This document shows, piece by piece, positions 53,956 to 64,000 of a DNA stretch of 64,000 bases. Under the pieces are notes generated by a model. That model ran no database searches. It was given only the letters and a program-made list of their open reading frames with translations, and had not been told where the DNA came from. This stretch comes from Eledone cirrhosa. Lineage: Eukaryota. Position 1 is the first letter of the stretch, and each line of letters starts with the position of its first letter. The translations under genes were made by a program, and so were the position numbers. The stretch lies in the NCBI GenBank assembly GCA_964016885.1, contig OZ024743.1, forward strand, positions 12,772,001-12,836,000, read 5' to 3'.

Positions 53956-54388
53956 AGTAGTAGTAGTAATAGTAGTAGTCGTAGTTATAGTAGACATAAT
54001 TCTTACCGATCCTTTCTTTATTCGACTGTCACAAATAAATTTGATAAATCAGACTTATTACCCATCCTTTCCTTAATCGGTTGAATCACAGTTCTGTATG
54101 AAAAGAACTCGTACAAAAATCTCTTGTCTTGTTTTCTCCAATTAAATCTCTTCATATCTTATCTTGTATTGTCATATGTCGTAATTGAGTTGTTTTAATA
54201 CAACTAACATTCTGTGCTTCTGGTGACATGTTTTTATATTTCATACGAATTTATCATTTTAGCGAAATCTGAGAGTCGAGAAGAGAGAGGAAGAGAGAGG
54301 AGAGAGGAAGAGAGAGAGAGAGGAGAGAAAGAGAAATAGAGAGGAAAGGGAGAGAGATAGAGAGAGAGATAAGTGAAATAGATAGATA

Positions 54389-54436
<48 letters not shown>

Positions 54437-57400
54437 GGTATCCAACAATATATATATACACACTTTGATTAGAATGCTGTTGAAGTGTGTATACATTTTG
54501 GAGGAACACCCTGTATATATATATATATATATCACTCTCAAATTGCACCCAATTATCTTAGGTATATATGTATGTATGTACTAATGACGGAAACTTTTAG
54601 AGCAGGTGTCGGCAACCTTTGGGGTATGCGGGCCACATAGCTATGCAGTGTCTCGTCGGTAGGCATTGATATCAAATAAGTAATGAGAACATATGTAAAA
54701 ACGAATACAGTAATATGATAAAATACTGATATATTTAATAAACTGTGACAAACCCGTGGTACCTGGCGGTGTATTTAAGATCAGGGTTGCCATTTGTTCA
54801 ATGAAAAAAATTTACTTCTAATAATACTGAACACTTTTAACATAGAAAAATAAATAAACATTGATTATTATTGAATACAGTCACTTACAGATGTTTTACT
54901 ACCAGACAGCAAACTCAAATGAACAATTTTGAGGATTAAATGAAATAATTGTATGCCAGACACGCTGACTTGTTTTAGGTAAGTCTGGGTCATTCCACAT
55001 CTCTGCCATACACCTATCTACACGAATACACGCACATAGAGTCCCTTTGACCTCTGTTCTAGAGGATAGTTAGACACAACAGCAATGGCAGCAACATCTC
55101 TCTCAAATCAAATCACAAATCTCTTCTACTGTCTGCGTTGTGCGCAATTATTTATGCACGAAATGGTGACCTAACAGAGACAACTGTACCCCCCACCCTT
55201 AAAATCGTATTTTATTAACTTGTGTTTGAAACATTGCCTTATGTATATATATATAGAGAGAAATATATATAATATTAAAGAGGACGATTTGTTATGTCTT
55301 CATTAAATTTATTGAGTAGTGACGCACGTTTCGCTATTGATCAGCTCAAAGTTTGATCTGTATCGATATAGCGCGACTCTGAAAGCAAAAGCTCATTGAA
55401 CGTCTGCTGTGGTAATGTCAGATTGAGCCTGTAGGGCTTATAAAGGTATATAACGATTCACATTCATTTACGGTGGTCAGTTCGTTTTGATTGGTTGTTT
55501 TGCTAAAAGGAATGTTTTGGTATATGTGATAGGTGGGAGGAAGGATCATAATGAAGAAGTGGTGGTGGGGAGCGATGGTGTGGTGTTTTGGTTGATTCAT
55601 AGACATTATGGCGTATATGTGGTGAGGCGAGAGTGCTGGGTGTGGGTGTGGAGGTGATTATGGGCTATACGTGATGGGAGATGAAAGAGTGCGGTGCTGT
55701 ACTAAGGGGGTTGTGTAAGTTTTCTGTTGGTCAGAGGTTTGTCAAAGAGGAATAAAAAAAAATTAGAAAAAAAAAAAATAAGGAAAGTAAATTAAACCCA
55801 GGTTAAGGGTAAGGCTTTGGTATAAACTATCTATATCCTTAAAGGGGCTTTTGTACTAGAAAAAAAAAAGGATTAATGGTTGTGGCTAGTGTGTGAAATA
55901 AATACAAATAAATAAATGAATGAACAAATGAAATAGTTGCTACAGTAACTATATGGGCTAACTTATACATCAGTACAGTGTATAGTGTGTGAAATGTATA
56001 TAAATATATGAATGGATAAACGAAATAGTTGCTACCCTACCTATATGGGCTATCTTGTACACCTGTATAATTGTTTTCAGTGTCTCTGAGACTGGTAGGA
56101 GGAAGGAAGCCATCCCCAATCCTGGTTTGAATGCTTGCCAGAGAGCGAAATCTATTAAAAGCACTCAAGGACCAGCTGGAGGTATGACACTGGAGACTGT
56201 TTATGTCTCCCACCAAAGGAAGCCGGAACAAATAACGTTCTGAATAATTCTGCCAATACAACGGTCTTATGAATGCAAAAATTGATGTCTAACATATTCA
56301 CAGAGCCTCCTATTTGAGAGAAAGGTATTATCGATTAATTTTAACTTCAATCTACGATTGTTATTGACTTTATTGACCCCGCAATGGCATTTTATCCGAC
56401 GCTCTACGAATTCTGCCAATCTATGTAAGTATTTGTTTCTACTTTTGACTGAAGGCCAGCAATTTGAAGGGAAGCAGAAAGTCGACTAAATCAACCCTAG
56501 TGCATTAATGGTACCTTATTTTATTGACTCTGTAACTATTGAGAACTGTTTTATCTCTAAAGATGAGTTGAATTGTAAAAACAAAAAAGTTTGCAATTTT
56601 ATAATTCAGATAGGATCAGAGCACGGAATTGCCATATTAATAAATATAATATGTAAGAGAACCTGGTTCAGTTCTTTAGAAATATTGTATGTAAAAGTGT
56701 TATATGGAAAGGTAAATAGTACTCTAGTCAATTCACAATAAAATATCTAATCTAAATGCTATTGCACCTGATACCTTTAGGATTACAGTTTTCTTTATTT
56801 AGATTAAGTACAGGCAGAAATCAAGTAAATCAGAATTCCTTTTTCTTTCCAAGTGTTTTTCTTTGTTGTTGGATGAAAAACTTAGGTTCATTTTCTTATT
56901 CAATTCCTTGCTGGTTATTGAAATTATATTACTGAAGCTGCACTGGAATTCATACACGTCATGAAAGTTAGGGTTAGGATTAGGTTTGTATTGTTTGTTA
57001 AGAGAAGTAATAAAAGAATAGACAGTGTGGTGCTACTGAACTAAGTGTCTTAAACTATAAATTCCAGATTGCGCCACTGAAGTTCGTTGTGGATTTATTT
57101 CATCGACAAAAGTAGGTGGAGAGTTGGTAGAGTCGTTAGACCGTTGTATAGAATGTGTTGCGGTAATTCGTTTGACTTCCTGACCTCGCAGTTCAAACCA
57201 TGCTGAAATATGATTTGCGTTTCATTATTTCGAGCTTGATAAGAACCAGCCAAATCCTGAAGTAGATATTTCGTATTCTAAGAGTTAGTTTCGTTACATC
57301 GTCACCCCCAAATCGAGGAAGGTTGAGCAAGATGATACAAACGTCTCTCATAGACACCTCCAACCCTAAAAAAAACAAAAAAAAACAGAACAAACTAATA

Positions 57401-59446
57401 TGCTAATGAAACTGTTCAAGGGCGGAAATAAAGAAGTATTTTATTTTGCTGTTTAGTCAGTTAGGCATGGGTAGTGTCAATGACATTTTACAGGGATTCT
57501 GAGATTGGTAGGATGGATGTAGGAATGCATCTGTTAAACAAAGGCATTGTTCGAATGCTTGAAACAAAGTGGACTACTCTAGAAGCACCCAAGTTTATCT
57601 AAGTAGGCTACTATAGGTTTTGAACTAAGAACGCAATGAACAGGCTTTCTGTTCCGATGTTTTAACAACTTCACCAACCCACTGACCCGACCACAAAAGG
57701 ATGAAAGGTAAAGTTGAACTTTGTGAAATTTCCACTCAGAGAGCAAAAAAAAAAAAAATGAAACAAATATCGCCAAGCATTTTATGCTCTAGTGACTCTA
57801 CTAATCCGTCGCCTGGGTTTGTGTGGGTGTATCAGTCTTTGTAATTATAGTGGTGTCAGTTCAACTTATTATACAGCTTGCCAACGAAATGGTCTTCGTA
57901 ATGTTCATTAGGGCCGTGAATTGGAAGTTTTATCGATTGCTTACACATGTTTAGGGAAAGGCTGTAGCCAACTGAATTGAGCTTAGGTAATTAACACTTG
58001 TTTTTACACCACAGATGGATGAAAGCCAAATTCCACCCTTGTCGGATTTGAACTCAGGAGATTGAGGTACAAAAATAAACACTATAAGACATTTAGCCTG
58101 TTGCTCTAGAATTTTAACAATGGAGTATTATTAAGAAACCAAAAGGCATATATTTCCTAACTCACTCTCAAGCTCTTCTCATTAAAAATATTTCTGAGAT
58201 TGATTGAATTACTCAACCTCGATTAACTAAGTATCAATGTAATACATTGAGTCAATTCAATCGTCTATACCAAATTTCTTATAATCACAACCGTTGTACT
58301 CTATAATTGTATAACTAGATCTACTCAAACAGGTCTGATTTGTGGTTAAACAACAGCTATTTTTCAGCTCTATAGTTCGCTAGTTGTGTATGATAAACTA
58401 GGGCTAATTTGGAATTAAACAAGAAGGTCTGCTCAACGACGAGTATTTAGTGTTCGCTCAACTGAACTTTCTACTAATTGAATTACGTGCAAGTAGCTGA
58501 GTCTATCATAGGTAGTGTACCCTTAACGTAATCATGAAGCAGAATTAGCTTGAAGCAATTTGGCAAAATTGAACCTTTGAATTACAGATAAAATACATCC
58601 TACAAGCTTCCGCACAAGTTCTACCGGTTGAATTTCACACACTAGGTGTAGGTTTACCCAAGGCTATGGTAAAAGACATTTGCCTAAGATATCATGCAAT
58701 GTGATGAAACGAAGGACTCGTGATTGCGAAGTGAACATCTTATAAACTCAGCTTTGGTGCATTTACACAATACTAGAATAAAAATCTCAGAAAAGCGTGA
58801 TCACGAACTGGTCGCGATTCCTTAGTGAAATTATCTCACTATAACTAAGCTGTGTCACAAATATAATGCTGCTACTGACTATCTACAAATATAAACATTT
58901 ACAGTGAATTTATGCAACCTCATAAGGAAGAAATCAATATTATTACCGAAGTTGTTTAGACATTGGACAGTACTAATCACCCAGAATTATGATCAAAATG
59001 TGACCACCATTTCTTTTATCAAGATATCGCATATTTGAACAATATTTCTTTCCTGTTTAGAGACAACAGGGTGTGATTTGAAGAAGATTTCACTGTTATG
59101 TTTAGCAGGTTGGCTCGTAGCGCCTCCCTCAGTGAGTTAGCAATTGCCGAATTTTCGATAATAATCCAGGCTTTGAGTCCAGCTTGATACTATTTCATAA
59201 CATTTAACGACTTCAATGAAATCTTGAGAAATACACGAAAAAACATCCCAACGAGAATTGTACAAACCGCTGTGTTCTGTATAGTTTATGAATAAAGAGT
59301 TAAACTCATGCACTCACACATGTACACACACACACATACATACACACACGTACATATGAGATAAATTCAATGTAGATATAAGTATATAAATATGTATGTA
59401 TGCACTATCTGAGGAACACAGTATCAAAATAACATAACGCAGAAGC

Positions 59447-59581
59447 GTGTGAGTTAAGGACATTTCCACTCTTGCTACAACGTAAATGTTTCGCTCCTTG
59501 GTTTAAGTATATATATATACTTAAACCAAGGAGCGAAACATTTACGTTTTAGCAAGACGTGGAAATGTCCTCAACTCACAC
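59447..59581. repeat. 135-bp near-perfect palindrome centred on (TA)n
   Basis: GTGTGAGTTAAGGACATTTCCAC...GTGGAAATGTCCTCAACTCACAC. Confidence 0.9.
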
Positions 59582-60007
59582 ATAAATAAGGCAGTATATA
59601 CATTCATACACAAGTTAATAAAAGGCGATTTGAAGGTGTTTTTGACAGTTGTGTCTGTTAGGTCATTGCTTCGTGTATAGATAATTGCATACAATTGTAG
59701 CGCACCCCCACGCCTCCATCGCCCCTCCCATTCTTCTGTGACCCTAGAGACCTTGTCTTTCCCTTACTTTTCCGTTTTCATAACCACAAAAGACACTTCT
59801 ATTTTGTTACAATAAAACCTGTAATCTATACATATAGAATGTCATTCCAAGACATTTTGTATGACATATATAGTGTTGATAATTAAATATTCTTTCTTTC
59901 ATTAAATAACAATGATATTCTCCTATGAAGCAACAATGACCCAATATATTTGAGTACGGAGAAATATTTGAAAGTATTTGCACGTTAAGGATCATTATTT
60001 TCACATA

Positions 60008-60195
60008 AGGCAGTGGATTGGCAGTATCGGTAGAGGGTCGGACGCCATGCTTTGACGCATAGAGTTACGGCCCTTGCCATTCTGAGTTCAAATCCCGCCG
60101 AGGTTAACTTTGCCTTTCATCCTTATGGGGTCGATAAAATAAAGTACCAGTAATACACTGGGTATTTGCTGACCTTGTGCCAAAAAGTAGAAACA
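60008..60195 (+). mobile_element. Nin-domain SINE with TSD
   Basis: ATTATTTTCACATAAGGC on both sides. Confidence 0.88.
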
Positions 60196-60657
60196 ATTAT
60201 TTTCACATAAGGCTTCTAACTGACCCCCACCCCCCCAAAAAAAACCCAACAACAACCCACAGTAGAAGTAATTTGTGATTTGAGACACAGGTGGCAGCCA
60301 TTTCTGTTATGCTATCCTCTAGAAGTTTCCGTCATTGGTACATGTATATATATATAGACCTAAGATTATTGGGTGCAATTTGAAATTTAGTTGCAATTCT
60401 AACAGGCCTAGCTGCAATATAGAGGTCTCATACAGACTTCTGTATTTATATACATAAGCTAATAAGATGTAATTTGAAGTTGATCAGGATACTATTTCTA
60501 TCAGGTCAAGGATTCTTATACGAAAAACAGTAGGGTGTGATTTCAGAGTGATTAGCTTCTATTACTAGCAAACCATGCTACTACATAGAAATCTCCATTG
60601 TTGGCCTATATGTACATATGTGCACACACACTCAGACACACACACACATATATATAT

Positions 60658-60975
60658 AATTGTTTCTACTTTAGGCACAAGGCCAGCAATTACCCAGTGC
60701 ATTACTGGTACTTTATTTTATCGACCCCGTAAGGATGAAAGGCAAAGTCAACCTCGGCGGGATTTGAACTCAGATCGTAAAGGGACGTAACTATGCTGGA
60801 AAGCATGGCGTCCGACCCTCTACCGATACTGCCATATATATAATGTTTTCTGATTTAAGCACAAGGCCTTTTGGTGGGAAGGGAAAGTCGATTAAATCGA
60901 GTCCAGTGCATTACTGATCTTTATTTTATCAACTCCATAAGAATAAAAGGCAAAGCTAACCTCGGCGGGATTTTA
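60658..60975 (-). mobile_element. Two Nin-domain SINEs (one full, one partial)
   Basis: Reverse-complement cores; the first is nearly identical to 61597-61785. Confidence 0.85.
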
Positions 60976-61596
60976 GGGTTATTTGGATACAATTTTTATC
61001 AGGTAGAATACCAACTAAAGCAGAAAAATGGCAAAGTCGGATAGAATGCTTCATGGTACTCGATCCGCTTTTCTGCAGTTTGAGTTCAACATTCATCCTT
61101 TCGAGGTTGATAAATATTATACTAATCCAGTATTGGGGTCAATTATCTTTCTGAATCTTTTCCCCACTTCTCTCACGTTCTCCTCTCTTTCGCTGGAAGA
61201 AATCTACTGTGTATAGAGCTGAAGGAGGATGGACTACCTCTGGTATAGATGCTCAAGACACCCTACGAATCCATCAAGAGTTAAGGAACCCATGGACACA
61301 GCGCTACTATCTAGAGACCCTCTATACATACAAAACCAGTATGATATGAAGTATTCTTTGATGGCTAATCCATACATACAATAGAGGGGGACGTTACGGG
61401 TAAGAATCTGCTATATCTTTCACAGCGAGGTTTCCTTCGACCGCACATACACACTGAGGACGATTTGGTTGCTATTTTTACCAGGTATAACTGATATGTA
61501 GAGGTCATACCATAAGTTCATACATTACATATATACGTGCATGAGATAGTATTTCATTATTGCTATCACACACACATATATATATATGTGTATATA

Positions 61597-61785
61597 AGGG
61601 CGGTGGATTGGCAGTATCGGTGGAGAGTCGGACGCCATGCTTTCCAGCATAGTTACGTCCCTTTACGATCTGTGTTCAAATCCCGCCGAGGTTGACTTTG
61701 CCTTTCATCCTTACGGGGTCGATAAAATAAAGTACCAGTAACGCACTGGGTAATTGCTGGCCTTGTGCCTAAAGTAGAAACAATT
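61597..61785 (+). mobile_element. Nin-domain SINE with TSD
   Basis: ATTATTGCTATCACACAC at about 61557 and 61783. Confidence 0.88.
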
Positions 61786-61884
61786 ATTGCTATCACACAC
61801 TCCGCTGTTATACCACTGTCATCAATAATTCAGTAAATCAGGAATCTTCGTCACACACATATATATATGTGTATATAAACAAAT

Positions 61885-61925
<41 letters not shown>

Positions 61926-62841
61926 AATATACACACACACGCCTATACTCATACACCTGTGTTACATGTATATGTGTAATGTATGTGTATATGTGTGATA
62001 TGTGCGTGTGTGCAGACGTATACATAACTTGAAATGCTCTATATTTATATATTCTATATCAAATTATTGTTGTTATTTATAATATTTTTTCAATTATAAA
62101 TGTCTATATCGTAGCATCATATCTGTTGAATACACCTTAACTGAATATATTTCCCACGGTTATTAGCCCGATCTCAGTTTAAATAAATAGTTGCTCCGAC
62201 GCCAACTAAGCATATCTCTTCAATTACTTTAGAAAAAAGAGGATATAAGGTTTATTAATCTAAATATACTGACAAAAAACAAATCTATCATAAGCAATAT
62301 ACCGCAACGAAAACATCTTTAAAAGAGCGTAATCCTTTTGTTTGGAAGTTTATACTAGTTTCGTTCAGCTTAAAATATAAAGGAAAGCGAAAAGAAGGAA
62401 AGAGACTCGCTATTGTGTACAGAAAATTATGTCTGATCAAATATTTCTATTGGGTATTTATTTCTTTTATATAAAATAAACCTTTTAACCATCGATGATG
62501 AATAAACGAAATAAAAAATATAAAATTACATACTAAGGAATACGATGGTTTATATATAAAAAAAAATAGAGAACTTCATTTTAATTGCAACAAATTCGAT
62601 TGGGTAGTAGAAGTTTTTCATGTCTATGGGGATGGACAAGGAAGGAGCACGTAGCGTTAAATATTTTACTTGTTTATAGTAGTTCAAAACCCTTCTTACT
62701 TGGGATTCAATTTCTGCTAAGCTAAGCTTGACCTTGTTTATTTATCAGTCAGGGTATTGATGAAACTAATAAATAAAATCTGTTGGTTTTGACATTAAGT
62801 ATTCAGATGTTTGATTAATTGTGGTTCCTGTTCGTTGGTGT

Positions 62842-63178
62842 GAGAGGTTCTCAAACTTTTTGGGCCACCGTTCGCCTCACGGCGACGTAATACCCTCAGT
62901 TCCTCCGAACGCTATTTCCAGAGAGACCTGTCTACACGCAAATTGTAAATAATATATAATAAACAAAATCGTTCATTTATATATAATAAATAATATGATA
63001 AATACTATATATAAATAAATAATATATATTTTTTATTTTACTATATTTATATATAATATGTATGATTTGATATTTAATATACTATTATATCATCTCTACT
63101 GCCCCCTTAGGCCCCCAGCGCCCTCTGGACCTTCTCATTGCTCCCCAGGGGTGGTAGCGCCCACTTTGAGAACCTCTG
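62842..63178. mobile_element. hAT/Charlie-type MITE
   Basis: AGAGGTTCTCAAA / TTTGAGAACCTCTG terminal inverted repeats. Confidence 0.7.
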
Positions 63179-64000
63179 GTGTAAGTGGTTGATTATTTCA
63201 CAGACAAATGTATCCATAAGCCCCAGACAGAATTAGCACGACATTGTACGTAACAAGGCCGGACCTGTGATATACCATCACAGTCAGTCTTCCGTCTGCC
63301 CAGTTTTAATTACAAAGTTTGCGTCGACCCTAGGATAAGCGTAAAAACCGTGTGATTGCGAAGTGTACTTCTTAATCATTCGGTCATGCTGTGTCAATTA
63401 GTATGTCAATCAAATCTACATCACTTCTCACATACAAATAAATAAATAAACGAAATCAGTTGACCGTGCCATGTTGCCTGTTCACACTGGTAAGTGACAA
63501 AAACCAAATATAAACACTTGGACAGCAGAAATTGCGAAGCGGTTTCAATCTTCGGCTAAAGTCATTTCACTTTATTTATGTTGTGAATGATTAGGCAAAA
63601 CGTTTCATGTCAGAACTTTTATATCTTTTCTACTTAAAAAACTAGATAAAGACATTATACCTAGTTAAAAGAAAAAAAACATTCTCTGATCAGATGACGT
63701 CCAAACAACTACTTAGATGTCGTGTTTGACTACATCATTCCTATCTTCAGATAAGTCAATGCTTTTATTTCTAATTTGGCACATAGATTTCTAGATCTTC
63801 ATAACAATTATGTAAAAGACTTCGATTAAGTTCTCTAAAAGGTAACATTGGAACCTCTTTTAGTTTAAGTATTTCGATTATGTCTTCCAGTTCGATCTTT
63901 AATTAAGGTTGTTTAAAAGGGAAATGTCTCGAAAAGCGGAATAATATTATAGATAACTATTACTACTTTAAGATCAAGTCCAGTAATTTTAGGGAGGGGA

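Overview
Eukaryotic, repeat-saturated, apparently intergenic or intronic DNA. Long (TA)n/(CA)n tracts plus Nin-domain tRNA-SINEs suggest a cephalopod (octopus-like) genome; this is an inference. No intact host gene is supported. Content: three decayed Tx1/L1-clade LINEs plus a 3' stub, a 5'-truncated Helitron, a decayed hAT transposase, a Naiad-like Penelope element with an inverted pseudo-LTR, several RTE-type fragments (one 5'-inverted), about 20 SINE copies and several MITEs. The most striking signal is not shown by the ORF track: a dense set of type I hammerhead ribozyme motifs (7 with intact cores, about 7 degenerate) from several sequence families. Many sit in 0.25-0.6 kb fold-back palindromes embedded in (TA)n, and three of these carry a hammerhead motif on each strand. 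All structures were read by eye, not computed.
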